Part shown: positions 10,996-20,327 of the stretch, piece by piece | How positions within the stretch are numbered: the stretch's first letter is position 1 | Layout: the number at the start of each line of letters is the position of its first letter | Source: Bacillota bacterium | GTDB taxonomy: Bacteria; Bacillota; Dethiobacteria; DTU022; UBA8154 | Length of the DNA: 53,991 nt | Reading direction: 5' to 3' | Assembly (NCBI GenBank): GCA_012839215.1 | Contig: DUNV01000125.1 | Location: 1 to 53,991 of the forward strand | The notes under the pieces: generated by a model | Seen by the model: the letters and a program-made list of their open reading frames with translations, nothing else | Told to the model about the DNA's origin: nothing | Databases searched by the model: none | Position numbers and translations under genes: made by a program

Positions 10996-11910
10996 TCATC
11001 CAAACCAGGCCTCAAGTGCCGGGAAAATTCCAGTAAGATCTTTGTTTTTTTGAAGAAACCCGGCCACCTTTTCACTCCCCCTTCCTACCAAAAGGGCCGG
11101 TACCGGGTTTAGCGTATGTGTCTTTATAAGGGAACACTCCAGGTTGCCATGATCGCTTACCATCAACAACAGATCATTTTGCCAATCCATCGTTTGCACA
11201 ACCTCGCCGAGGAACGCATCAAAAATGCGGATTACCTTTTCTTTTTCGCCGTGGTTGCATTTATGGCCTGCCACATCCGTCAAAAAATATTCATAAAGAA
11301 TAAAATCATATTCCCGTGAAAGGGCCACCAGCCTTTTAGCCGCCATGTGGGGGGTAATAAGCGGAAAAGCATAGCCAAGGCTGCGCAAGATTTCATTGGT
11401 AATATCCATATAAACCGCCCTGCCTGCCAGCAACTCTTCCGGCCCGCGAAAGGGTAAGCCCGCATATAGGTTAATTAGTGTCGTGCAGGAATAGGACCTT
11501 TGCGCTGCCCCGGTAAAACATCGGAAAAAGTCCGGCCTGTAGGCATTGGCAAAGGTGCAACGCAGACCCCTGTCAAGAAAATGCCTGAATATACCCCTTT
11601 TTTTGAGCAGTTCCCCCAAAAGATCATTAGTCGGAAAACCACGCAGGTGGAACCCCAACAGGCTGGCAGCATTTATTCCCGTAAAAAGGGTCGTTTGCCC
11701 GGTCGCACTCTGGGGGAGGCCCTCGACCCCGAGGGTGGCATCGAGAGCCAATAGGCAGGAATGGGCATAGGCATGATCGGCCGCCTCCCGCACCAATTTA
11801 TTTCCATCCAGCAGGCTGGACAGATTAGGGGTCGGGACAACAGAAAATGGATTACCCTTGCCCTGTGGTGCCAGGCCTACCCCATCGACGAATATAAATA
11901 TAACTGCCAT
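10996..11910 (-). CDS. Alkaline-phosphatase / metalloenzyme-superfamily protein (cofactor-independent phosphoglycerate-mutase-like)
   Basis: MAVIFIFVDGVGLAP N-terminus (metal-binding Asp), LPQSATGQTTLFTG, LLMVSDHGN. Family-level call only. Confidence 0.6.
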   Translation of the reverse strand: MAVIFIFVDGVGLAPQGKGNPFSVVPTPNLSSLLDGNKLVREAADHAYAHSCLLALDATLGVEGLPQSATGQTTLFTGINAASLLGFHLRGFPTNDLLGELLKKRGIFRHFLDRGLRCTFANAYRPDFFRCFTGAAQRSYSCTTLINLYAGLPFRGPEELLAGRAVYMDITNEILRSLGYAFPLITPHMAAKRLVALSREYDFILYEYFLTDVAGHKCNHGEKEKVIRIFDAFLGEVVQTMDWQNDLLLMVSDHGNLECSLIKTHTLNPVPALLVGRGSEKVAGFLQKNKDLTGIFPALEAWFG

Positions 11911-11926
11911 TTACAATATCCCCAAA

Positions 11927-13102
11927 TTAATCCATCTTTTCCGGCAACTCAGCCAGGGTAACCTCAAAAAGTATTTCTTCCTGCCCGCGGGCTAGGGTAA
12001 TCTTGATCGTCTCGCCGACAGAATACTTTTGCAATATCAGCTGGAGTTGGGCTGTATCGGACAGCTTTGTATCCCCGATTTCCAAAAGGACATCCATGGG
12101 AAGAATTCCTGCTTTATCTGCCGGCCCCCCCTTGACTATATCCTGAACGAGGATGCCATTTTCCACGGACAGGTCATAGCGTTTTGCCTCCAAGGGGGTC
12201 AGCGTACTGATATAAACCCCCATCCAAGGCCTGACTACCTTGCCCTTGTTAATGAGTGCATCACTAATCTGCTCCACTGTATTGCTGGGAATGGCGAACC
12301 CCATTCCTTCTACCCCGGCAATTTTAATTTTTGCCGTGTTAATACCAATCAATTCGCCCTTTATATTGACCAGAGCCCCTCCACTGTTACCATCATTTAT
12401 AGCTGCATCTGTCTGAATAAAACTGAAATTCTGCCCTTGGATGGTGATCGAACGTTTCAGGGCACTGACAACACCCAAAGTCACCGATTGCTGGAAATCA
12501 AGCCCGAGTGGATTGCCAATGGCAATAGCCGGTTCACCGACGCGCAATTTGTCTGAATCAGCCATACTCGCAGTAATCAGATCCCCTTTATCAATTCTTA
12601 TAACAGCCAGATCCGTCGGCAAATCCATCCCGATTATTGTGGCCGGTAACTTCTCACCAGAACCCAGGCTGACAATTAGCTCTTTGGAATCTTCAATAAC
12701 ATGATAATTAGTTACGATATAACCATCGCCGCGGATAATGACACCCGAGCCGCTGGCCCTTTGTTGCAGGCTGGCACGCCCCAAAAAATCATAAACAACT
12801 CCGAAATTGCTGATGCCAACCACCGGGGGGGTTGCCTTTTCCGCTGCATTTACCACCGCCATATAGTAATGCATCGCCCCCGGGGAAATTTCTATGGGGC
12901 CACCATTTTTGTTATCACCGCTCTGTTTAGCAAACTCCCAAGGGAAGGGAGCCATATATTCCTGCGAAAGGATGCTGCCCGCAAAATAAAAAAAAGCAGT
13001 GGCCAAAGCAAGGCCACCAACGAGGAACCCCAGGAATAAGCCTTTCCAAAAATGTGATTTTTTCTTTCCTTCCCCGGAGAAATCTTTATAAAAACGCTCC
13101 AC
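11927..13102 (-). CDS. htrA: HtrA/DegP-family serine protease with N-terminal TM anchor and C-terminal PDZ domain
   Basis: Catalytic triad contexts TNYHVIED, TDLAVIRI and GNSGGALVN. PDZ-like GILVQDIVKGGPADKAGI. GTG start. Confidence 0.9.
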   Translation of the reverse strand: MERFYKDFSGEGKKKSHFWKGLFLGFLVGGLALATAFFYFAGSILSQEYMAPFPWEFAKQSGDNKNGGPIEISPGAMHYYMAVVNAAEKATPPVVGISNFGVVYDFLGRASLQQRASGSGVIIRGDGYIVTNYHVIEDSKELIVSLGSGEKLPATIIGMDLPTDLAVIRIDKGDLITASMADSDKLRVGEPAIAIGNPLGLDFQQSVTLGVVSALKRSITIQGQNFSFIQTDAAINDGNSGGALVNIKGELIGINTAKIKIAGVEGMGFAIPSNTVEQISDALINKGKVVRPWMGVYISTLTPLEAKRYDLSVENGILVQDIVKGGPADKAGILPMDVLLEIGDTKLSDTAQLQLILQKYSVGETIKITLARGQEEILFEVTLAELPEKMD

Positions 13103-13193
13103 GCCTTCTTCCGTCTCCTATCCTGGGCTATATCCTTACACTATACCCAATACGGTACCCTGTTCAAAAGAAAGTCTCCATACCCAGGGCAGC

Positions 13194-13847
13194 CTATATC
13201 TTCATTTTCCTATCTTCCCCGCACAGATGACAGGTATCGTTAAAAAGTTTTAGCCTTCTTTTGCCCCGAAAATCATCCTGCAAAATTGAAAGGGAAGCCG
13301 GGGCAAGGGAAAAGGGCCAGGATTCACCGCAATTAAATTTTAGGATATAGATAATTAAAGCCTGCAAAAAACGGCCGTGGCTGACAATCAGGATCGGCGC
13401 CCTTTCTTTCCCCCCCGGTATCTTCCGGGCAATTTTGGAAAGCAACAGATAAAAAAGTTTCACCCTTTGAAATAATGTTGATATGCCTTCCGCTTCTGGA
13501 ATTTTCGCATGATGAAAATCATGTTGTAGTTGTTTAAGTATCAGCGGGTAACGTTTCCCGATCTCTACTTTCGTCATCCCCTGGATAATTCCCCAGGCAT
13601 ATTCCTCCAGCAGGGAAGTAAAAATAGGCTCCGGCCCCAAAACCTGATCCGCTATAATAGAAACGGTTTCACGGGCACGCCCAAGGGTACTGCAAAACAA
13701 GTAAGAAAACCGCTGGCCCCTTAACCGCCTGGCAAGCATTGATACCTCAATTTTCCCCTCATCAGCCAGCGGAAAATCCAGCCTCCCCTGCAATCTTCCC
13801 TGCAAGTTGGCCCCCGTAGTGCCATGCCTAACGAGCCAGAAATCCAT
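13194..13847 (-). CDS. Histidine phosphatase (phosphoglycerate-mutase-like) family protein
   Basis: MDFWLVRHGTTGANLQGRLQG (RHG motif), SHGRFL. ATG 13847 has GGAGGAAGGG 6 nt upstream; the track start 13877 is probably too long. Confidence 0.82.
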   Translation of the reverse strand: MDFWLVRHGTTGANLQGRLQGRLDFPLADEGKIEVSMLARRLRGQRFSYLFCSTLGRARETVSIIADQVLGPEPIFTSLLEEYAWGIIQGMTKVEIGKRYPLILKQLQHDFHHAKIPEAEGISTLFQRVKLFYLLLSKIARKIPGGKERAPILIVSHGRFLQALIIYILKFNCGESWPFSLAPASLSILQDDFRGKRRLKLFNDTCHLCGEDRKMKI

Positions 13848-13890
13848 AATCCGCCCTTCCTCCCCATTTACAACCACAAAAGGACAGCAT

Positions 13891-13904
13891 ATTTCCCGGG
13901 AAAT
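13891..13904. promoter_or_regulatory. Noc-binding site (NBS), perfect consensus
   Basis: ATTTCCCGGGAAAT is an exact match to the B. subtilis NBS consensus. The palindrome extends to 18 bp (13889-13906). Lies in the intergenic region between murA and the histidine phosphatase gene. Confidence 0.7.
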
Positions 13905-13926
13905 ATAGCCTGATCAACACCTGTGG

Positions 13927-15195
13927 TTAAATTCCACCAATCCGCTCTATCCTTACCCCCAGGGACGCAAAGCGATCCTCAATTTTTTCATACCCCCGGT
14001 CGATATGTTCAACACCTTGAATGAGCGTCTCGCCTTCCGAAATAAGGGCAGCAATGACAAAGGAGGCACCCCCGCGCAGATCCATGGCCTGTAGATTTGC
14101 CCCGGTGAGCTCATGCCCGCCTTCGATCATGGCACTGCGCCCTTCAAGTTTAATGCGAGCCCCCATCTTCTTTAGTTCATCTATATGCCGGAAACGCCTT
14201 TCAAAGACATTTTCCGTAATTAGGCTTGTTCCTTGCGAACGGGTCAGGAGTACCATCATATGCGGCTGTAAATCCGTGGGAAAACCAGGGTATGGAAAAG
14301 TTTTAACATCAGAGGATAACAAGCAACCGGGGCCTGACTCTTTGACTAGAACCCAGTCCAACCCAATATCCAGGCCAACGCCAACTTCCTTTAACTTGGC
14401 AATAACTGCATCGAGATGCTTGGGAATGACATCCTTTACCAGAACCTCTCCCCCTGTTGCTGCCGCAGCGATCATAAATGTCCCTGCCTCGATCCGATCC
14501 GGTATAACGATATGCTCGGCACTGCCCAGTTCCTTAACCCCCTGGATCCTAATAACATCGGTTCCCGCCCCCCTTACCCGGGCACCCATCGCATTAAGAA
14601 AATTAGCCACATCGACTATCTCAGGTTCTTTGGCCACATTCTCAATAATCGTTTTCCCTTCCGCCAGGACAGCAGCAAGCATAATGTTGATCGTTGCCCC
14701 CACACTGACTATATCCAAATAGATATGTGCCCCTTTGAGTTTCCTAGCCTGCAATTTCATAACACCATGCTCCAGCTCCACATCAGCACCCAAGGCCGAA
14801 AACCCCTTAATATGCTGATCGATAGGGCGGGGGCCAAGATCACACCCCCCCGGCATAGGGATATCGACCCTCCCAAAACGGCCAAGCAGGCTTCCCATTA
14901 AATAATAGGAAGCCCTGAGCTGGTTAACCAGCCCAGGGGGGGGGCAGAAAGAATCGACACCGGACAAATCGAGCCCGAGGGAGGTTTCTGACAATATAGA
15001 AACCTTAGCCCCTAAAACCGATAGTATATCGGTCAGCCTATAGATATCGGTTATACTTGGCAAATTTTCAACTTTTACAGTTTTTTCAGTAAGCAGGGCA
15101 GCCGGCAGAACAGCCACTGCAGAGTTTTTTGCCCCATTGATCCTGATCGATCCCTGGGTTTTCTGTTTCCCGCAAATCCTTAGGCATTGCTGCAA
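13927..15195 (-). CDS. murA: UDP-N-acetylglucosamine 1-carboxyvinyltransferase
   Basis: RINGAKNSAVAVLPAALL and PGGCDLGPRPIDQH (active-site Cys). TTG start with AAGGGGG 7 nt upstream. Confidence 0.94.
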   Translation of the reverse strand: MQQCLRICGKQKTQGSIRINGAKNSAVAVLPAALLTEKTVKVENLPSITDIYRLTDILSVLGAKVSILSETSLGLDLSGVDSFCPPPGLVNQLRASYYLMGSLLGRFGRVDIPMPGGCDLGPRPIDQHIKGFSALGADVELEHGVMKLQARKLKGAHIYLDIVSVGATINIMLAAVLAEGKTIIENVAKEPEIVDVANFLNAMGARVRGAGTDVIRIQGVKELGSAEHIVIPDRIEAGTFMIAAAATGGEVLVKDVIPKHLDAVIAKLKEVGVGLDIGLDWVLVKESGPGCLLSSDVKTFPYPGFPTDLQPHMMVLLTRSQGTSLITENVFERRFRHIDELKKMGARIKLEGRSAMIEGGHELTGANLQAMDLRGGASFVIAALISEGETLIQGVEHIDRGYEKIEDRFASLGVRIERIGGI

Positions 15196-15239
15196 GGGAA
15201 AACCCCCTTAAGGAGACTTTTTTCATGTTTATTTTCCTG

Positions 15240-16124
15240 TCAAATCTCTACATTCCCGGTGAAAGCATTAATATAATATAATTCGCCATTGTTAAGGCGA
15301 ATCCTCCAGACGGGCGGAATTTCCCAACGCTCTGCATCATACTCCCTGGTATAATATCCCAGGGAAAACTCAATGATACAGGCTCCCGCCTCAGTCCCGT
15401 TATAGACCTCCAGAAAACGTAAAAGTGCCGTGGAAGGTGGAACAATTTCCCTTTCCTGCCCGGCAAAACCGAGTACTTCCAGGCGGTAAAATTGCACGAT
15501 CCGCTGCCTTTCCAGGGAAGAATAATGGAGATAGCCGGCAAACAGCGGGAAACCTTCGTACTCCTGCCTAAATAAAACTATTTTTCCTTCGCCTGTTGAG
15601 CAGCTATAATCGGGAACAAAATCCTCAAAAATAGTTAAATTGTTGACTAATTGCCAGGCAATTTTTTCCCTGGCAATTAGTTCATCTTTTTCGTTTTCCT
15701 GCAGCATATATTTTAGGGTGGCCACCCCTGTTTTACTGGGAATTAGCTCGTATCTTCCAAAAAAATAGCCGGCCAGATTGTTTTCCTCCTTTTCTTCATC
15801 ACCCGCGCCCAAATGTATGGCAACTTCCGGGCGGGGTTCTCCCTTCCCCTCAAGGATTTCCCAGAAACTGGCAATAACCTCCGCTGGGGAGTAATGCCAC
15901 GGCTCTACAACCAGATAGGCCATTGGCCCTATCGTTTTGGGCAGATCGGTTTCCAGAAGCAGGCCCGCCTTCTGCAGTTCACCTTCCAGCCTGCTGATTT
16001 CCTCCTTCCGGCCAAAAGCGGCGAATCCACCATAGCCCTGATCCTGCCAAAGTTGATAACATAGAAAAACATTTAACAATAAAAAGGTATAGATAAGGAC
16101 GGTTTTTGCCCTGGACAGGTTCAT
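15240..16124 (-). CDS. yycI: YycI-like regulator of WalK (single N-terminal TM, extracytoplasmic domain)
   Basis: 294 aa. N-terminus MNLSRAKTVLIYTFLLLNVFLCYQLW resembles B. subtilis YycI. Fourth gene of the walR-walK-yycH-yycI order. Confidence 0.65.
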   Translation of the reverse strand: MNLSRAKTVLIYTFLLLNVFLCYQLWQDQGYGGFAAFGRKEEISRLEGELQKAGLLLETDLPKTIGPMAYLVVEPWHYSPAEVIASFWEILEGKGEPRPEVAIHLGAGDEEKEENNLAGYFFGRYELIPSKTGVATLKYMLQENEKDELIAREKIAWQLVNNLTIFEDFVPDYSCSTGEGKIVLFRQEYEGFPLFAGYLHYSSLERQRIVQFYRLEVLGFAGQEREIVPPSTALLRFLEVYNGTEAGACIIEFSLGYYTREYDAERWEIPPVWRIRLNNGELYYINAFTGNVEI

Positions 16125-16164
16125 TTTAGTTCACCATCGTATCATATTTTTACTAGGCAGGGGT

Positions 16165-17607
16165 CTAGAGCGGTTCCAGTGTTTGCCAATGCAGATACAT
16201 AGTCTCCAGCCCGGAAATGGAAACCGACCAGGCCGGAACCGCCTTTGCAGTTCCCATTCCTTCCACAGAAAAATAATAGACAGGTTCGATCCCCAATAAA
16301 ATCCCTTCGTTTTCGGGATAGCTCTCCCTATAGATAAGAACCGCCTTTGCGAGTGCTTCATCAAAAGGACGAAACGATCCCTTTTCCCCGATCTCTCCCA
16401 CAACCTGGTAAAGATCCCGCTGGTAATAAAAGACACCTATTTCGTTAATTACCAACTCGGTTCCTGCCCGCCTTCCCACCAGCGGCAAACCGGCATAAAA
16501 TGTTTCCCAAAAAAGCCGGTATCCCTCACTTTGCATTTCCACCCGGGTTAAATGGATCCCGGGTTGCCACCCCCCGAAAAGCCGCAGGTTTTCTGCCCCC
16601 TTTTGCAAAGCGGCACTGTAGGGCATCGCCGGAGGAATATGCACCAGCCCCGGGGCAGTGTACTCCACCAATCCATCAGGGTAAATACGCAGCCCTTTTT
16701 CACCATCGGTAAAAAAAGTTGCCCCATCCCTTTCCTCGATGAGCCGGGCAATAGATGGATCGAGGAAAAAAGCCCGAACTAATTCCTCCTTATCGATCTT
16801 TTCCTTTTGCAGGGACAACTCCGCCGCGGCAAAACTATCCAGAGGAACAAAAATTCTATTATCCTTCAATTTTAGGCAAAAAACATTTTCCCCATCCTCT
16901 TTCACGTCCCTGATAGGCAACCCCGGGCCATCGCTTTCACCTACAGGTAAACCTGCAGTGCCCAAATTAACAATATCCCCTTCGCCCGGTTCCAAAAAAT
17001 TGTTTCCTGGCAGATCGAATATCAGCCTATCCGGCAGGCAAAGGTGCCGGCAGGATTCCCGCGGTCTTAAATTGCCTAAAAGTTGTTCATCTGCATCCAT
17101 GAAGACCCTTCTTGTAAAAATCTCCTCCCCTTCCAAGATAACATAATAGTAATGTTCCTCCCAAATAATAAAAATTCTACAAATGTTTAATTCCGAGGGA
17201 GTAAATTCCGGCAGAAAAAAGGTAACAGGCAGGGGAACCATAAACATAAAAATAGTTTTAGAGGATGCCATTTCCAGCAAAACCTCCATTTCAGCCTCGC
17301 TAATGCGATTAAAGGTTTGCCTTCCCAATCTCCCCAGCAAGGCCCCTCCCTCTTTCCAAAGGCGTTTGTATTCCCCTTCTCCCCGTCGAAAAACATCCTC
17401 TTCCTCCCCCTCAAAAACAATAAGTGAAGGCGTAACAATTTCTTTCCGGGAATACTGCTCAACAAAATGGGCATATTCATACCTTGGTGCGGCACTTTCC
17501 TTGAGAGGGGAGGCGCCAAACCAGATATGGTAGGTCAAACCCACGCTGCATAAAACCAATAAAATGAGAGTAACTGTTTTAAAATTCTCCCGCACCGGTA
17601 GATCCAC
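16165..17607 (-). CDS. yycH: YycH-like regulator of WalK
   Basis: 480 aa. N-terminus RENFKTVTLILLVLCSVGLTYHIW resembles the B. subtilis YycH anchor. Lies immediately downstream of walK. GTG start. Confidence 0.65.
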   Translation of the reverse strand: MDLPVRENFKTVTLILLVLCSVGLTYHIWFGASPLKESAAPRYEYAHFVEQYSRKEIVTPSLIVFEGEEEDVFRRGEGEYKRLWKEGGALLGRLGRQTFNRISEAEMEVLLEMASSKTIFMFMVPLPVTFFLPEFTPSELNICRIFIIWEEHYYYVILEGEEIFTRRVFMDADEQLLGNLRPRESCRHLCLPDRLIFDLPGNNFLEPGEGDIVNLGTAGLPVGESDGPGLPIRDVKEDGENVFCLKLKDNRIFVPLDSFAAAELSLQKEKIDKEELVRAFFLDPSIARLIEERDGATFFTDGEKGLRIYPDGLVEYTAPGLVHIPPAMPYSAALQKGAENLRLFGGWQPGIHLTRVEMQSEGYRLFWETFYAGLPLVGRRAGTELVINEIGVFYYQRDLYQVVGEIGEKGSFRPFDEALAKAVLIYRESYPENEGILLGIEPVYYFSVEGMGTAKAVPAWSVSISGLETMYLHWQTLEPL

Positions 17608-17633
17608 CTGCCCGCAAAAATTTATTAAAATAG

Positions 17634-19418
17634 TTATTGATTGTTGCCAAGTGGTAAAGTAAAGGTAACCTCCGTCCCCTTGTTCGGGGCACTTTGCAGG
17701 AAGATTTGGCCACCGCTGGCATGAATAATTTTCCTAACAATAGAAAGACCCAGCCCGGTCCCGCCGGATTCCCTGGAACGGGTTTTATCGACGCGATAAA
17801 ACCGATCGAAAACCCTGGGAACATCAGCAGGGGGGATCCCAATCCCCGTATCCCTGACAAAAACAAAGGCGAAAGATTTATCCCAATCAATTCCTACCTC
17901 TATCCTGCCGCCGGGGAAGGTAAACTTTATAGCATTGTCCACCAGATTTAAAATCACCTGTTTAATCTTATCCCTATCCATAAATACTTCGACTCTGGCG
18001 CTGGGCAGCTTTTTTGCTAGAACAATGCCTTTGCCCTCTGCCCCCGGCCCGATTTGTTCCAATACTTCCTTTATTAATTCGACCAGATCGATTTTTTCCC
18101 TAGACCAGCTCCCCTTTTGGTAATCAAGCTGGGATAGCACCAACAGATCATAGACGAGCTTGACCATCCGTTCCGTTTCCTTTTCCAGCACCTGCAAAAA
18201 CTGGCCCCTGACGTGGGGATTTTTCTGGGCCCCGCCCAATAATGTTTCCACATAGCTTTTAATCGTTGTCAGCGGAGTTCTCAGCTCGTGGGATACATCA
18301 GCAACAAATTCCTGCTGGAGGCGGGTTAGGGCCCTTTCCCTGGTTACATCGTGCAAGACGATCAGGTAACCCTGCAGGCCCTTCTCCCCAATTGGTGCAA
18401 AATGCAACTGCAATATTTTTTCCTCTTCCCACTCCAGTTCAAATTCTCCTGCCGGAATAATCTTGCCGGAAAGCAATTCTTTCAATACATCTTCCTCAAA
18501 TAATCTTCCCAGGATTGTTTTTCCGGGTGACCCTCCCCCCGGCAAAAAATTGTCCAGTTTGAGCAGATCCCGTGCCGCCGGGTTTAGATGGATTATTTCC
18601 CCCTCTTTATTTACGGCAATAATTCCATCCCACATATAATTTAAAATGCTTTCCATTTTGTTTTTCTCCAGGGAAATTTCTTGCAGTGTTTCTTTCAGCC
18701 TTCCGCTTAAAAAGTTAAATGTCCCGGCGAGTTCCCCTATTTCATCCTGAGAACGAACCTCGATCAACTGGGAAAAATCCCCCCCGGCCATTGCCGCAGC
18801 ACGGGAGGTTAGCTCCTGGATGGGCATGGTTATAGTTTTCGTCAGGACAAAACCAATCATTATGGCAATCAGTAAAACGACAACCCACCCGCTAATGAGC
18901 ATAACCTTGATTTCCTGCAGGGTCAGGTAGATTGCCTCTAAAGAGCCTGTCAGGTAAACAACCCCTATTACAGTAACATCATCCTTGATGGGCAGGGCTA
19001 AAACATGGTAGCGGATCCTCGTTTCCGGATCGATCCTGATATCCTCCACTCTGTTCCCGGTCAATGCCAGGAGAATATCATCCTGAATGATCCGATCCCC
19101 GGGGGCGAAAAAAACCCTTTGATCCGATCTTCCCAAAAGCCTGCCGTTGCGATCCAGCACTATTGTCTCAGTTCCCCGGGCATTCCCGCCAAATTCGGCA
19201 ATCAGTGCAGAAATTAAATCGCTTTGCTGTTCATCCTCCAAAAGGTACCTGCGTATAAAATTATTCAGGAGCTCGGCCTGCAGGAGCTGGCCGGCAGCAA
19301 AATTGCGCAGATAGTAATTTTCCAGCGATTTAACGAGGTAAACCCCACCGAGCTGCATGGCAAAAAGTATCAGCAGGGAATAGACAAAAACAATCTTGCC
19401 CTGCATACCTATGCGCAT
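17634..19418 (-). CDS. walK: Cell-wall homeostasis sensor histidine kinase WalK-like (2 TM, HAMP, PAS, HisKA, HATPase)
   Basis: 594 aa. H-box SHELRTPLT, N-box DNAIKF, G1 DTGIGI, G2 GGTGLGLSIV. ATG lies 1 nt after the walR stop. Confidence 0.85.
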   Translation of the reverse strand: MRIGMQGKIVFVYSLLILFAMQLGGVYLVKSLENYYLRNFAAGQLLQAELLNNFIRRYLLEDEQQSDLISALIAEFGGNARGTETIVLDRNGRLLGRSDQRVFFAPGDRIIQDDILLALTGNRVEDIRIDPETRIRYHVLALPIKDDVTVIGVVYLTGSLEAIYLTLQEIKVMLISGWVVVLLIAIMIGFVLTKTITMPIQELTSRAAAMAGGDFSQLIEVRSQDEIGELAGTFNFLSGRLKETLQEISLEKNKMESILNYMWDGIIAVNKEGEIIHLNPAARDLLKLDNFLPGGGSPGKTILGRLFEEDVLKELLSGKIIPAGEFELEWEEEKILQLHFAPIGEKGLQGYLIVLHDVTRERALTRLQQEFVADVSHELRTPLTTIKSYVETLLGGAQKNPHVRGQFLQVLEKETERMVKLVYDLLVLSQLDYQKGSWSREKIDLVELIKEVLEQIGPGAEGKGIVLAKKLPSARVEVFMDRDKIKQVILNLVDNAIKFTFPGGRIEVGIDWDKSFAFVFVRDTGIGIPPADVPRVFDRFYRVDKTRSRESGGTGLGLSIVRKIIHASGGQIFLQSAPNKGTEVTFTLPLGNNQ

Positions 19419-19419
19419 C

Positions 19420-20103
19420 CTAAGTCCCCCTCAGATAGTAGCCCACGCCCCTCTTGGTGCGCAGATAAAGCGGGTTGCCCGCATCATCCTCGATTTTTTC
19501 ACGTAATCTTCTAATCGTAACATCCACTGTCCGGATATCTCCGCTGTAATCAAAACCCCATACTTTTTCCAGCAGTTTCTCGCGCGTAAAAACATAGCCT
19601 ACATTTTGTAACAAAAATTCCAGCAGCGTAAACTCGCGATATGTAAGCTCAATATTGTCGGCCCCCTTTTTAAGGCACATCTTTCCCGGATCGAGAAGCA
19701 ATTCACCGCAGATCAACTGCTTTGAAGAAGTTTCCTGTATCCTGGCGCGTCGAAGTGTCGCCTTAACCCTGGCGATAAGCTCACGAACACTAAAAGGCTT
19801 TGTCACATAATCATCGGCCCCAATTTCCAAGCCTTTGACCTTATCGGGCTCCGACTCCCTGGCTGTGAGCATAATGATAGGCACATCCTTTTTTTGGCGT
19901 ATTTGTTGGCAAACGCTAAAGCCATCAATTCTTGGCAGCATGATATCCAAAATAATTAAGGATGGTTCCTCCTCAAAAGCCAGGCGCAGGGCCTCAGCCC
20001 CATCATAGGCAACCAGGACCACAAACCCTTCCTCTTCCAGGTTATATTTGATAATCTCGGCAATTGGCTTTTCATCGTCGACGACGAGTATTTTCTCTTT
20101 CAC
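19420..20103 (-). CDS. walR: OmpR-family response regulator WalR-like
   Basis: ILVVDDEKPI, phospho-acceptor context LIILDIMLP, winged-helix tail LRTKRGVGYYL. GTG start. Confidence 0.88.
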   Translation of the reverse strand: MKEKILVVDDEKPIAEIIKYNLEEEGFVVLVAYDGAEALRLAFEEEPSLIILDIMLPRIDGFSVCQQIRQKKDVPIIMLTARESEPDKVKGLEIGADDYVTKPFSVRELIARVKATLRRARIQETSSKQLICGELLLDPGKMCLKKGADNIELTYREFTLLEFLLQNVGYVFTREKLLEKVWGFDYSGDIRTVDVTIRRLREKIEDDAGNPLYLRTKRGVGYYLRGT

Positions 20104-20280
20104 TTTAGGATAAACACCCCTGATTTTCTACTTAACATAATTATTTCGTTTGTTACACTTAAAACTCCTTCTTCGGCAGACGCCCCGCCGGGCAAAAAAA
20201 AACGTGACCAAAAATGGCCACGTGGGAAAAATATATATTTAAGAGGGGGTCAACTCATGTATCCATTATGCCCCCCCATT

Positions 20281-20297
20281 ATTACAGGAGTATTACA
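20281..20297 (-). promoter_or_regulatory. Predicted WalR-binding direct repeat upstream of walRK
   Basis: The minus strand reads TGTAAT-actcc-TGTAAT, an exact match to TGTWAH-N5-TGTWAH. Lies 178 nt upstream of the walR GTG and 31 nt downstream of the M23 peptidase stop. Confidence 0.6.
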
Positions 20298-20327
20298 ATA
20301 TAATTATTTTCTAGAAACAACTTGTCC

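Noticed and set aside
14021-14722. 233-aa plus-strand ORF rich in Ser/Pro/Arg
   Set aside because: Antisense shadow of murA.
20214-20229. CCACGTGG-centred sequence ATGGCCACGTGGGAAA as a possible second parS
   Set aside because: It has 6 mismatches to the 16-bp parS consensus. Only the central 8 bp match.
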